From a virus (lineage: Duplodnaviria > Caudoviricetes): a stretch of 54,941 nucleotides of DNA. Shown here piece after piece: positions 1 through 9,628 of this stretch (position 1 is the stretch's first letter; each line of letters starts with the position of its first letter). Position numbers and translations under genes: made by a program. The stretch covers positions 1 to 54,941 of IMG/VR virus record IMGVR_UViG_3300010403_000008. One strand, 5' to 3'. The notes under the pieces are model-generated. The model had not been told where the DNA came from and searched no databases. It saw only the letters and a program-made list of their open reading frames with translations.

Positions 1-123
1 CGGTCGAATCCGGGTTGGGACCACAAAAAATGCAAATATTTGACCGGGGTGTCGCCAATTCTTTCGCCTTTGTATTTCCCGAAAGGCATCCTGAAATCAT
101 CATTTATCGGGTCTGGAGCTTTA
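1..123. repeat. Terminal direct repeat, left copy (assembly overlap of a circular or circularly permuted genome)
   Basis: Bases 1-123 are identical to 54819-54941. Confidence 0.95.
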
Positions 124-131
124 ATGATCAT
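1..131 (-). CDS. 5' part of a DUF3820-like small protein spanning the circular junction (continues 54818..54740)
   Basis: ATG at 131 overlaps the upstream stop (ATGA). It reads MIIKAPDPINDDFRMPFGKYKGERIGDTPVKYLHFLWSQPGFDRKSPVGLYIQNNLSALETENTDLIWT* across the join, with an MPFGKYKG motif. Confidence 0.75.
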   Translation of the reverse strand, partial: MIIKAPDPINDDFRMPFGKYKGERIGDTPVKYLHFLWSQPGFD

Positions 132-1027
132 GCCGTGATTCCGTTAATGTGATTGATTACTACCGTAGCACACTTGGCAGAATCCGTGTTAATATCATGC
201 TCCCAGAACCTTAAAACCGTGTATCCGTTTTGCTTCAGTGCGGCGTCTCGGTTTCTGTCTTTGGCTTTGATTGCCGCAGTCATTTTGGGATTTTTCTGAT
301 GTCCGCATTGTTCGCAGCAGTGCCAAAAGCATCCATCGCATTCGATGACTATTCCATGTGATGGAATGTAAATATCAACAAGGAACCCAGCCACTGGACA
401 GCTTGAAACATATTGAACTCCAAGCAACGAGAGTTGACGCTGCATCTCGCGCTCAATAGAAGTATTTTTTCTGGAATCGGCCCCTTTGGCGGCAATTGAC
501 TTAATTGTTGATGCGCTCATTTTAGCACGCATTTCTGGAGTGCGCTTATGGTGTCCACATCTATTTAAGCGGGATGCTATGCTGATTTTTGCGCAGTGCT
601 CTGGTGTTCGTATTTTGCCTTTAAGTGCGGCAGCTATTTTGGCTTTATGCTCTGGAGATTTCTTACGACCACGCAATGTCTTGCTGGCGCTTATGGCCCG
701 TTGGGCTTTAGTTCGTTCCAATGATTTTCTGATCTTTTCTATTACATGTGGTGGAACTACTTTGCCAAGATTGGCTGCGCGTAGTTTTGCACGAGCTTCT
801 AAGGTTATTATTTTCCCTTTTTGAGAAATGGAAATTTTGGCCTTAGTCTCTGGAGAATGCTTTCTTCCCATTTGTGAGAAGGCCATTCTTATTTTAGATG
901 CTTCTGAATGTTTCTTCCCAGTCCAATATCCTTTTCTTTTAGGCGTATCCTCCATCCGCTCCATCTTGTAGGGTCCGTAGGGCATCCGGTCATCAGCAGT
1001 CAGTGCTTTAGGGGCAGAGAGAATCAT
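128..1027 (-). CDS. Putative homing endonuclease: NUMOD3-type repeats plus a C-terminal DUF559/Vsr-like nuclease domain
   Basis: Repeated GKKHSEASK / GRKHSPETKAKIS / KSPEHKAKI units, and a C-terminal VDIYIP..IVIECDGCFWH...KDRNRDAALKQNGYTVLRFWE. Likely start is the ATG at 1027. Confidence 0.8.
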   Translation of the reverse strand: MILSAPKALTADDRMPYGPYKMERMEDTPKRKGYWTGKKHSEASKIRMAFSQMGRKHSPETKAKISISQKGKIITLEARAKLRAANLGKVVPPHVIEKIRKSLERTKAQRAISASKTLRGRKKSPEHKAKIAAALKGKIRTPEHCAKISIASRLNRCGHHKRTPEMRAKMSASTIKSIAAKGADSRKNTSIEREMQRQLSLLGVQYVSSCPVAGFLVDIYIPSHGIVIECDGCFWHCCEQCGHQKNPKMTAAIKAKDRNRDAALKQNGYTVLRFWEHDINTDSAKCATVVINHINGITA

Positions 1028-1348
1028 TTCCGTCTCATCCTTCGTTTCCTGCACTCCATCCTGACCCACCACTTGGGTGGAAGGAGCGGGCCCCAGACAG
1101 TGCGGGGTGTTTCGTAACGATTCATAAAAGATAAACCGGCAACGTCTCCTGTCCGCTAATGCACTAGCGTCTACAGGTCTAACGCGCCGGTAAAGTGTTT
1201 CCAGTCAATTCCAAGTATGCCTGCTCAAACATGGAGATGTCCATACGTGCTTTCACCCTGTACTCGACCAGAAGTGGAATCTCTTTGGCGGTACAGTGAA
1301 TGACGCTCCCGTCCTCCAGCTTGATTCTGGCTCTCTGCTCTCTGTCAT

Positions 1349-1555
1349 TCATGCCCCAATGTACTTGTGGAACTGTTCGTTCAAGTTGTGGAATGCCTTC
1401 TTCTGTGCCAGCAGGAGCTTCAGCCTGCGCGTATCCATCATCGCCTTACCTCTAAGGTCATAGTCGGTCTTGAATGCATTACGGGCCTTTTCCCATGTGT
1501 GCAAGGCAGATTGGAGTGATTGGGTGTGGGAGGGAGTTGGTTTGGTTCGTTTCAT
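1349..1555 (-). CDS. Hypothetical protein
   Basis: ORF in a tightly packed minus-strand gene run. Confidence 0.5.
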   Translation of the reverse strand: MKRTKPTPSHTQSLQSALHTWEKARNAFKTDYDLRGKAMMDTRRLKLLLAQKKAFHNLNEQFHKYIGA

Positions 1556-1567
1556 TTTATGTTCAGT

Positions 1568-1867
1568 TCATTCAGCAGAGTATCCACATTCCCTATCAGC
1601 CTGTTCTTCCCGTTCATCGTGCCTGTCTTCACAGGACTGATGAACGAACTTCCCATTGGGGACTGGATTGTTGCAGTACGCGCACAGGTGAATGGATGCG
1701 GTGGGTTGTTCGGGGGTGAGTGTTTGTTCAGTTTGAAATTCCATAAAGTCACGATAGCAAGCAGGACACACCCTAGCATTGTGTACCCAGTCGATATGGT
1801 ATTCTGTGAAAGATTGGCCACACCAACCACAGTGATGGTCTGATATGGGTTTTGTGGCTGGAATCAT
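1568..1867 (-). CDS. Small zinc-finger protein
   Basis: CGWC, CPAC, CAYC and HQSC motifs; start overlaps the upstream stop. Confidence 0.55.
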   Translation of the reverse strand: MIPATKPISDHHCGWCGQSFTEYHIDWVHNARVCPACYRDFMEFQTEQTLTPEQPTASIHLCAYCNNPVPNGKFVHQSCEDRHDEREEQADRECGYSAE

Positions 1868-2589
1868 CGTTCAAATCTCCTTGTACATTCCATTCGTTGC
1901 AGGCATTCAACAACGGATTCGTTGGGTAGCAAGTTCCAGCCACATCCCGTTACCCCACCCTTCCATGATCCACGTTCCGGTCCAACTTCCTCACTGAAAT
2001 TAACCCAAATCGAATCTCGGACCTTCCTGAATGGAGTCCATTTATAGCGTCCGGTCCATCGTTCAACTGTGACTGCTGCCTGAACCTTCTGCTGTTCTCC
2101 ATTTAGCAGCGTATAAGCGTAATTGAATGTGCCAGTGTTCTCTGTCTCTGCCTTCTTTTTAGATTCGTAATCGTCCATGAACTTCTTTCCACAGACATGA
2201 ACCACTCGCTTACGATCCAGAGACAAAACTTCTGACTTTATGTGAACTGTGGTGATGAATGGAATTCCGAATGAGCAGTAAAGATTTCCCCATCTCCAAA
2301 TGAATTCTACCCGATCCATGAAGTAGAATCCCCAACTTCGGCATGAATCATCCCACCTTCGGGTGTCGCGCTTGGTATAAAGCAGGGCAGTGTTCACCCA
2401 TAACCACAGGAATCCAGCAGCCAGTCTGATTTGGGTTCCTGTTGATTCTCGTTCGTCTTCATAGACTTTGAATTCTGGCATCTGCCATCGTTTACGCAGG
2501 CCACATTCAAATGGCTGATCTCCAGTTTTGTGATTTGCGCTCCTGAGACATGCCCCATCAAACCAGAATCGTGTATTTCCAATAGTCAT
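1864..2589 (-). CDS. Hypothetical phage protein (Trp-rich)
   Basis: Long ORF; the probable start at 2589 overlaps the ATPase stop (ATGA). Confidence 0.55.
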   Translation of the reverse strand: MTIGNTRFWFDGACLRSANHKTGDQPFECGLRKRWQMPEFKVYEDERESTGTQIRLAAGFLWLWVNTALLYTKRDTRRWDDSCRSWGFYFMDRVEFIWRWGNLYCSFGIPFITTVHIKSEVLSLDRKRVVHVCGKKFMDDYESKKKAETENTGTFNYAYTLLNGEQQKVQAAVTVERWTGRYKWTPFRKVRDSIWVNFSEEVGPERGSWKGGVTGCGWNLLPNESVVECLQRMECTRRFER

Positions 2590-3260
2590 ATTGCCTGTGG
2601 AATCTTCGGTCTGTATGAGGGCATCCCTGCCAAATCGCACCAGTGCGCCATGTTCATCCGGTCCAGCACCCGATGATCGTACTTGGCTGCAATCATGGGC
2701 TTGTCCAGATTGGTCGTAATGAACAGCCACTTCCCCTGACACATATCCAGTACCCTGCACAACCGTGAAGTCGTTTCCCCCTGCTTGAACCGATCCACTT
2801 CAGCCCCCACATCATCCAGGAATACGATGTGAGCAGTTTTCAGGTCAGTGATTGCATCCTCGAATTCAGCGTTCTTGTCGTGCGAAGAGATGCTTGCCCA
2901 CGCCCCCCGCCACACCGCAGGCACAGTTCCACCCCATCCCCCTAAAGATGCGTCTACGGCCATGCAGGAGAGCGCACGGGCCAGCCTGCGGGAGACGGTG
3001 GATTTGCCTGTGCCAACAGGGCCACTGACAACCAGCCAAGTTCCAGACTTGCGGGTATTGTTCATGGCATTGTGGTAGAACCATGCCCCCCACATGGTCA
3101 GACGATAAACAAGTGGATGATGGCTTTCATCTAGCCTGAAAAGCTTTGTCCGCACTGCTGAATGTACAGTTAATATCTTTGGCTGACATGTCCCAAAACC
3201 AGATTGGGTCTTTACACCCACCACGCTTTGCAATGCTTTGGTGATTTGGGCTGCGTTCAT
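2586..3260 (-). CDS. DnaC/IstB-like AAA+ ATPase (helicase loader)
   Basis: Walker A GPVGTGKS, Walker B IVFLDDVG, sensor ITTN, and C-terminal RVLDRM. Confidence 0.8.
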   Translation of the reverse strand: MNAAQITKALQSVVGVKTQSGFGTCQPKILTVHSAVRTKLFRLDESHHPLVYRLTMWGAWFYHNAMNNTRKSGTWLVVSGPVGTGKSTVSRRLARALSCMAVDASLGGWGGTVPAVWRGAWASISSHDKNAEFEDAITDLKTAHIVFLDDVGAEVDRFKQGETTSRLCRVLDMCQGKWLFITTNLDKPMIAAKYDHRVLDRMNMAHWCDLAGMPSYRPKIPQAI

Positions 3261-3498
3261 TGAAGATTGAATTCAGCGGGCCGGGCGCTACTCCGACTGT
3301 GGCTACGTGCGGGACGGTCGTATCGTGCCGCGCTTGCATTGCGCGTTCCGGCATCGAGCCGGACAGCTTGTTCCACCAGGATTAACATTCGGTGGGCCTT
3401 GTTACCGCGTTCCAGTGCCAATCCCTGGACGCCGCTGCATACCTTGGCACGTCTAGATGCGTGTCTGCTTTCCACGCCGCCGCTGAAATTGTTCAAAT

Positions 3499-3756
3499 TC
3501 ACGATGGTTCAACCCGTTCTCCATTCTGCACATGCCTGCACGGATGCCCACCCCTGCGACCGGGAAGGGGCACCCCACGCTCCCGCAGCCCGTGCTTCAG
3601 AAGCTTACGCTTGAGGGTGGACACGGACAGCTTCAGTTCGCGGGACACAAGAACCAAGTTGTTCTCGTGCTTGCCCATCAATTCCTTGAGGGTTTCGCAC
3701 TCAACAACCTCAAGCTTGTTGTACTGAAGACCGTTACCGCAGGCGGCACAAATCAT
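3499..3756 (-). CDS. Fis-family helix-turn-helix DNA-binding protein
   Basis: LMGKHENNLVLVSRELKLSVSTLKRKLLKHGL resembles the Fis-type HTH. Confidence 0.65.
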   Translation of the reverse strand: MICAACGNGLQYNKLEVVECETLKELMGKHENNLVLVSRELKLSVSTLKRKLLKHGLRERGVPLPGRRGGHPCRHVQNGERVEPS

Positions 3757-3903
3757 ACGGAGTTGGTGAGCATGGCAGGATTGGGTACCTGAGCAGGGAC
3801 ACGGGTCTTACTGTTGTTCGCAGGTTTACTCGGTTCTTCCCCGGTATTGCGTTTCCGCCACATGCTCATTTTGGGTTATCTTGCTGTGCGTTATTGACCG
3901 TGC

Positions 3904-3933
3904 AAGATTGCACGATTGTTCTTGCTCTGTCAA
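3904..3933 (-). promoter_or_regulatory. Putative sigma70 promoter, related to those at 47956 and 49959
   Basis: Minus strand reads TTGACA-gagcaagaacaatcGTGCAATCTT, upstream of the minus-strand replication genes. Confidence 0.45.
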
Positions 3934-4139
3934 ATTATTCATGCGATTTATTCACCGATGATTGCATGGAAAGAGATGAACAGGAAGAACGGTTGGCAGT
4001 TTGGCCCTTGGCCCCCGCTGGAAGAAGTGCGTCATGGTGTGAATCGTTTCGTCTGCAAACAGAACCCATTGAACCAAACTCCCGAGCCTGTCAATTCACC
4101 TGAACGAACACCCGTACAAATCATCGTGATTGTTCTGCA

Positions 4140-4466
4140 ATGAGAAGAATCGCCTCACTGTTTGTACTGGTACTGGCAGCCCTCCCGCTTCAGGCTTCCC
4201 CTGATATGGACAGGTTGTTGGATGCGGTGTGGAAGGCAGAGGGAGGGAAGAAGGCTCGTGTCCCGTACGGCATTACGACAGTACGGGTGAATTCACCCAG
4301 TCATGGTCGTGCGATTGCGCGCAGGACTCTGACTCGTGCGTTGAGTGAACGGCCTGACTTGCCCTGGATTGAAGCGACAGCGCGGGTTTATTGTCCGGTA
4401 GAGGCTGATCCTGTGGGACATCGTAACTGGAAGAAGAACGTATTGCACTTTTACAATAAGCGATGA
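4140..4466 (+). CDS. Signal-peptide-bearing lysozyme/transglycosylase-like protein (possible endolysin)
   Basis: Hydrophobic N-terminus, then DAVWKAEGG (candidate catalytic Glu), PYGI, YCP and NWKKNV. Confidence 0.5.
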   Translation: MRRIASLFVLVLAALPLQASPDMDRLLDAVWKAEGGKKARVPYGITTVRVNSPSHGRAIARRTLTRALSERPDLPWIEATARVYCPVEADPVGHRNWKKNVLHFYNKR

Positions 4467-4850
4467 GCAATATTTCGATTGATGAACTCAGACGCAGATT
4501 CCCAAACGCTTCCGCCAGTGTGCTCAAAAGGAATAGCCATGGTCATCAAACGGTGCGGAAGGATCGTGGGCCACAAGAACCGAAAGAAGATTGCGGGCAA
4601 AAGGCTGATCACAGACCCAAGAGTAAAGTCACACATGGAGGCAATTATCCGCAATTTCGAGTCCGAATTACTTTCTTTTATTCCGACAAGCGAAGGATCG
4701 ACTTGGACGGATCAGCAAACACACTCCTTGATTGCCTCTGTAGCGCCGTCAGACGATTCTTGGACCGTTATCCCGGAACTGCACCTGACAGGCAAGCTGT
4801 GCGAAAAAGGGAATGAAGGTGCAGAAATAATCATCGAACGAATCCAATGA
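4463..4850 (+). CDS. RusA-like Holliday junction resolvase locus with two overlapping open frames (4463-4816 and 4479-4850)
   Basis: One frame has VRITFFYSDKRRIDLDG..TLLDCL. The other has DDSWTVIPEL...GNEGAEIIIERI. Confidence 0.55.
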
Positions 4851-5086
4851 GAAAAATTTCCAACGAAGAACGGGACAAGATCACAGAGAAGATGGCCAAC
4901 CATTTGGGGGTAGACAACGTAATCATCATTTACGGGGATCATGTGGAGGGGAAGATTGACACGATGATGTGTTGCCATAAAGAGGTTGATTCGTTGAATT
5001 TCGGGGAGAATGCCATCGGGGCATTGCAGACCCTTCTGCGTGGAGTTGATCGTGGCAGGAAGCAGGAACAGACCAAAACTGAATAG
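4847..5086 (+). CDS. Hypothetical protein
   Basis: ATGA-coupled to the upstream ORF. Confidence 0.5.
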   Translation: MRKISNEERDKITEKMANHLGVDNVIIIYGDHVEGKIDTMMCCHKEVDSLNFGENAIGALQTLLRGVDRGRKQEQTKTE

Positions 5087-5107
5087 GCTTCAAATCCACA
5101 CAGAATC

Positions 5108-5701
5108 ATGCATCTTGATCACATGCGCCTAATTCTGGTGGTTTGGATGGCCCTGATTGCTGTTGTCGCTTGCTCAATGGAATTCAGGGATGTTTACGGG
5201 ATCGTTCACAATACGGATGGGAAGAACGTGATTATAGTTGTGGGCAATACCAACTGCCCTCCACTCGACAACATGATCAGGTTTCAGTTGTCTGGACTGA
5301 TCGAAGACTACCCAGATGTACTAGCTCTTGCTGTATTCCCATGCACGAATTCAGCCCCTGAAGCAGTGAAGGCGTGGCAGGCACGAGTACCTGGTGCGAA
5401 CCGATTCTGTCCTATTGAACTGGACGCCAGAATCCCACACCCATTGCTGACTCAGTGGCAGAACATGGGGTACCCGCAATATGCAGGATTTGTATTCAAT
5501 GGGTCAGGTGAATGCGTTGTGGAGTGGCCTTACTGGAAATCAAGACAGGCCGTCGAAATTCCACTCACCCGCGAATTGAATTCACTACGCATTACTGGCG
5601 GTAGCAATGGGCCTGTGGTATCGTTCAGGCAGACAAAGATTGCATGGAGGGTGATTACGAACAATGGACCAGCCACAACGTATCAACTTGTTTATCCATG
5701 A
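5108..5701 (+). CDS. Exported protein, possibly thioredoxin/redoxin-like fold
   Basis: Hydrophobic N-terminus, and FRDVYG...GKNVIIVVGNTNCPP resembles a redoxin N-terminus. Confidence 0.35.
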   Translation: MHLDHMRLILVVWMALIAVVACSMEFRDVYGIVHNTDGKNVIIVVGNTNCPPLDNMIRFQLSGLIEDYPDVLALAVFPCTNSAPEAVKAWQARVPGANRFCPIELDARIPHPLLTQWQNMGYPQYAGFVFNGSGECVVEWPYWKSRQAVEIPLTRELNSLRITGGSNGPVVSFRQTKIAWRVITNNGPATTYQLVYP

Positions 5702-5986
5702 GAGAGTCAATATCTCCATATTCAATTAGGCCAACCACATCTGGAGGAATGCCTCAGTGTAGGTGTCCTGAGTGTGGATACATTGTGGATTCTGCGAGAT
5801 GCATGGAAACTTCAGCCGAGCCGTCTTCTGGTGATGTTTCTCTGTGTCTTAATTGTGGTAGTGTGAATCAGTTCACAGACATCCTTACCCTGAAAGGGTT
5901 TCCAAACTGGCAAACGGAAGTTGAGCCAGATCAGTTCCGAATGTTAACAGCCGCGATCAATATAATCAGAAAGCGAGGATTGCTAC

Positions 5987-6721
5987 ATGCCAAGATTGAG
6001 AAATAGGGCCAACCTAGTTCCTTACGGGTTTCAATTCTACCAACCTCAAACTCAATGGAGTCTCCCTGTTGACCTGTCCCGTTCCTTTGACGTGACAGTT
6101 CAACAGATTTACGATTATCGGAAAGGCAACCCAGGACTGACTGCACAGCACAACCTGTCACTGGATCGAAACGTGATTGCAGACGAACTGGACAGATTCA
6201 ACGCAGCCAGAATGGTTGCAGGTGGGTGGACGGGGTTTATCACGGAGGACGCCTCGGACCCCAAGATACCTCCGCAACTTTCGATCCCGGCCCGCCTCCA
6301 GCAGCGGGTTCAGGGTGTTGCGGAGGCCGCAGAAAACGCTAAGGCTGCTGCCGTATTGCTGGCTGAATGGCTGGGGGAGGGAGGAATGCCCGTCTCTACT
6401 GAACTGTCGAACAAACGTGCAGCAGTCTGCCTGCATTGCCCACAGAACGTAGACCCACAGTGGATTCAGAAGCTGGAAGCCAAAGCAGCGAAGAAGATCA
6501 TGGCATTGTTGGCATGGAAACATCAACTGTCCCCACCCGTTGAACAGGAAGGGAAGCTCTTGACGTGTCAGGTATGCGATTGCTACCTGCCATTGAAGGT
6601 TGTGGTTCCGTTCAAGCACATCATCAAAGGGACCAGTGCAGAAACGATGGCTGAATTGAAGACCGTGCTGACGAATGCGGGGGAGAAGTGTTGGGTAGTG
6701 ACGGAGGTGGAAGCGAAATGA
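5987..6721 (+). CDS. Hypothetical protein sharing its N-terminal domain with 7776-8834, plus a C-terminal Cys motif domain
   Basis: RLRNRANLVPYGFQFYQPQTQW...IADELDRFNAAR versus RLKSRHEFPPNGWKFYQPQTRW...VADELDEYNAVR; also CLHCP and CQVCDC. Confidence 0.65.
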   Translation: MPRLRNRANLVPYGFQFYQPQTQWSLPVDLSRSFDVTVQQIYDYRKGNPGLTAQHNLSLDRNVIADELDRFNAARMVAGGWTGFITEDASDPKIPPQLSIPARLQQRVQGVAEAAENAKAAAVLLAEWLGEGGMPVSTELSNKRAAVCLHCPQNVDPQWIQKLEAKAAKKIMALLAWKHQLSPPVEQEGKLLTCQVCDCYLPLKVVVPFKHIIKGTSAETMAELKTVLTNAGEKCWVVTEVEAK

Positions 6722-6958
6722 GCAGATGTTCAAGATGTGGCAGAACTTGGGCCATGAGTGGAATTAACTGTGGGTGTGAATATGAACGAACCTCAAAGAC
6801 CAACAATCGAAGAACTGGAAAGACTGCTAGCCAGCAACGAGCCTCTGGACATCGAAATTCAGCCAGACGGATCAATCAGATCAGTCCCACATGGAACGGC
6901 AAAGAATGCTGATGTAAAGCCAGTCACATTCAAATACGCAGTCGCAGAATATTACTGA

Positions 6959-7774
6959 ATGAACGTCGTAATTCCTTTCCACAACGGAGACGCGCACTTG
7001 GCTATTGATCTGGTCAAGTGGATTGGGCAATTGGGTGGGATTGGGGATGGGCAATTGTTCATTATTACCGATTCCGCAATCAAGGAAGAACATCTTGTTT
7101 CAATTAGGCAAGCGCTCACTGGTATTCCACCAGAAACGAATTGGGTCGTAAATTCGGATTGGACAGCAGTGATCGGTTGGCCACAGGGATCGAATTCGTT
7201 ACTCAGAATGGCCCTGTCTGGTTTGGGTGGACGAATCAAAGGCCATTGGATCTGGCTTGAACCAGACGCAATCCCGCTCAAGCGTGGGTGGCTGGACGCA
7301 ATCCGTAAGGAATACGCAGCCTGTGGGAAGCGGTACATGGGGAATGTGTACGTCTGCGACAACCCACAACTGCCCAACAGGCTGATGTCTGGGATCGGGG
7401 TGTATCCGGCTGATGCGAAGGAAGAGTTGGAGCATTTCACCACAACCCAGTACGCGTGGGATGTTGAGGCTGCACGATTCCTGGTTGAGAACTGTGCCCA
7501 CACCAAACTAATTCATCACTTCTGGGGGATTATGGGAATGCCCCCCACTTTCGCTGCTGCTCGCACACCTGAATCCCAGCCCAATACGTTCACGCTGGAA
7601 TCAATTCACAAGGATGCCGTGATCTTCCACAGGAATAAGGATGGGACGCTGCTGGAATTGTTGAAACGGTTGAATTCAATGACTGTTCCTATACCAGAGG
7701 TTGAGACTCTTGCACCCATCAAGAACGATGCTGAGTTGATTGCGAAGATCAGGAGTTCGGTGGAAGATTGGTAG
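6959..7774 (+). CDS. Putative GT-A-type glycosyltransferase
   Basis: N-terminal VVIPF strand, WIWLEPDAIPL (DxD-like position), GVYP and IFHRNKD. Paralogous to the C-terminal part of the next gene. Confidence 0.55.
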   Translation: MNVVIPFHNGDAHLAIDLVKWIGQLGGIGDGQLFIITDSAIKEEHLVSIRQALTGIPPETNWVVNSDWTAVIGWPQGSNSLLRMALSGLGGRIKGHWIWLEPDAIPLKRGWLDAIRKEYAACGKRYMGNVYVCDNPQLPNRLMSGIGVYPADAKEELEHFTTTQYAWDVEAARFLVENCAHTKLIHHFWGIMGMPPTFAAARTPESQPNTFTLESIHKDAVIFHRNKDGTLLELLKRLNSMTVPIPEVETLAPIKNDAELIAKIRSSVEDW

Positions 7775-7775
7775 T

Positions 7776-8834
7776 ATGGCCCGTCTTAAATCCAGACACG
7801 AATTCCCCCCAAATGGCTGGAAGTTTTACCAACCCCAAACCAGATGGGAATTGCCCGGCAACCTGTCGTTCAATGGGGCCGTGCTAGAGATTATCCAGCA
7901 TCGCACAACACACGCTGGTTTCCTGCATCAGTACAAGCTGTCTTGTGATTACAACACGGTGGCTGATGAACTGGATGAATACAATGCAGTCAGGTGCCTG
8001 AATGCCGGGCATCTGCATTTCCTGTCTGATTGCACGCAGTCTAATGACTATGCCCCCACAGGCGAAAGAACGTGGGTTTCTGACGATGTATCAAGCGGGG
8101 CTAAACGAAGGGATGTGGGCAATCTGATTACGGTAGCCCTTCCGTTTTGCAGGAAGGACGCTGGATTGATGTTCAAGCAGATTTCGTGGATGGGTGAATT
8201 GGGCGGTGCCAGAGATCATCATGCCGTCATCGCTTTCGATCACGATACCCCACAACCCGATGTGGCACGAATTGGGGATATTGCGAAGGTAGTGTTCAGA
8301 TCAGTCAGCATCTTCAACTATTCCAATCCTCCAAATACTCACGTCACATTTGCTTCCAAGCACGCATTCAACCTGATTGCTGGGTTCATGGAGAACGAAA
8401 TTAAGACTCCGTGGATTTGGTGGGAAGCAGACATGACGGCACTGAAGCCAGGGTTCATGTCGATTCTTCAGAACGCATACGAACGGGCAGGAAGGGCTTT
8501 CTTTGGGCCAATCGTGCCACAGATGGGGCATATGAATGGGACAGCCGTTTATCCACCCAACACGTACTCACTTTGCCCCAGTCTCAGGGTTAAAAATAAC
8601 GATGCGTTCGATACTGGCATGAATGGAGAACAGTCAGCGCAAAGGGCAGATGCCAGTCCGTTGATTTACCACGTCTGGTGCATGGATGGGGGCAGGTTCC
8701 ACCCTCACGGACACGGGGAGGTTCCTCACAACATCACCCCACAATTACTGAATCAGGTTCCAGCACAGGCTGTGGCCTTTCACCGTTGCAAGGATGACTC
8801 AATCATCAGACTCTTGCGAGCCAGAAACAAATAA
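7776..8834 (+). CDS. Putative glycosyltransferase fused to the N-terminal domain shared with 5987-6721
   Basis: VALPF, WIWWEADMTAL, AVYP and AFHRCKD align with 6959-7774. Confidence 0.55.
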   Translation: MARLKSRHEFPPNGWKFYQPQTRWELPGNLSFNGAVLEIIQHRTTHAGFLHQYKLSCDYNTVADELDEYNAVRCLNAGHLHFLSDCTQSNDYAPTGERTWVSDDVSSGAKRRDVGNLITVALPFCRKDAGLMFKQISWMGELGGARDHHAVIAFDHDTPQPDVARIGDIAKVVFRSVSIFNYSNPPNTHVTFASKHAFNLIAGFMENEIKTPWIWWEADMTALKPGFMSILQNAYERAGRAFFGPIVPQMGHMNGTAVYPPNTYSLCPSLRVKNNDAFDTGMNGEQSAQRADASPLIYHVWCMDGGRFHPHGHGEVPHNITPQLLNQVPAQAVAFHRCKDDSIIRLLRARNK

Positions 8835-8836
8835 TC

Positions 8837-9628
8837 ATGGAAATCGTTATCGTCACATTCGCCAGAGACTTCTCGTATTTGGAATACTGCCTCAAATCCA
8901 TCGACAAGTTTGCCAGTGGGTTTGAAGTGGTGACAATTATGATTCCCGTCAATGATCTTCCGATTCTCCTTGGACTGACTGGACCCTGGAACATCAAGAC
9001 TCCTGTTCGTATCAGAACAATGAATGAGTGGCCCGGGGCCGGATTCCTGCATCACATGTACATGGTGATGACTACGGATGAGTGGAGGACCGGAAAGAGT
9101 CCATACATTGCGCACATTGACGCAGACTGTTGTTTTACTGATCCGGTGACACCAAACGATTACATGCGTGATGGGAAGCCGATTCTGAGGTACGAAGAAT
9201 TCAACAGCCTGTGTGCAAGGCATCCTGCCCACATGGAGTGGTTTAATTGTACGTCACAGTGCCTTCCATTCCCAGTGAAGTACGAGACAATGCGTGCCCA
9301 TCCCGCCGTTTACCATGTTGATACGTACGCCCGTGCTCGGGAACGAATGAGGGAGAAGACAGGCGAGGAAGTGAACACGTACATTATGAGGCAGAAGAAC
9401 TCGTACCCGCAAACGTTCTGTGAATTCGTGACGTTGGGGAATGTGGCGATGCACGATCAACAGCATCTCTACACCCCAGTCAGGCAGAATGGAGATTGCC
9501 CAGACCCAGACAACAAAGTGATTCAGTTCCATGCCCCTGATCCCGTTCATTTGCCACAGGACATCTGGATTAAGGGAAGACAGCAGGTGATTGTTCCACT
9601 GGAAGTAATTCAAAAACTAGGACTCTAA
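8837..9628 (+). CDS. Putative glycosyltransferase (GT-A fold)
   Basis: EIVIVTFARD...CLKSIDKF N-terminus and IAHIDADCCF DxD motif. Confidence 0.6.
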   Translation: MEIVIVTFARDFSYLEYCLKSIDKFASGFEVVTIMIPVNDLPILLGLTGPWNIKTPVRIRTMNEWPGAGFLHHMYMVMTTDEWRTGKSPYIAHIDADCCFTDPVTPNDYMRDGKPILRYEEFNSLCARHPAHMEWFNCTSQCLPFPVKYETMRAHPAVYHVDTYARARERMREKTGEEVNTYIMRQKNSYPQTFCEFVTLGNVAMHDQQHLYTPVRQNGDCPDPDNKVIQFHAPDPVHLPQDIWIKGRQQVIVPLEVIQKLGL

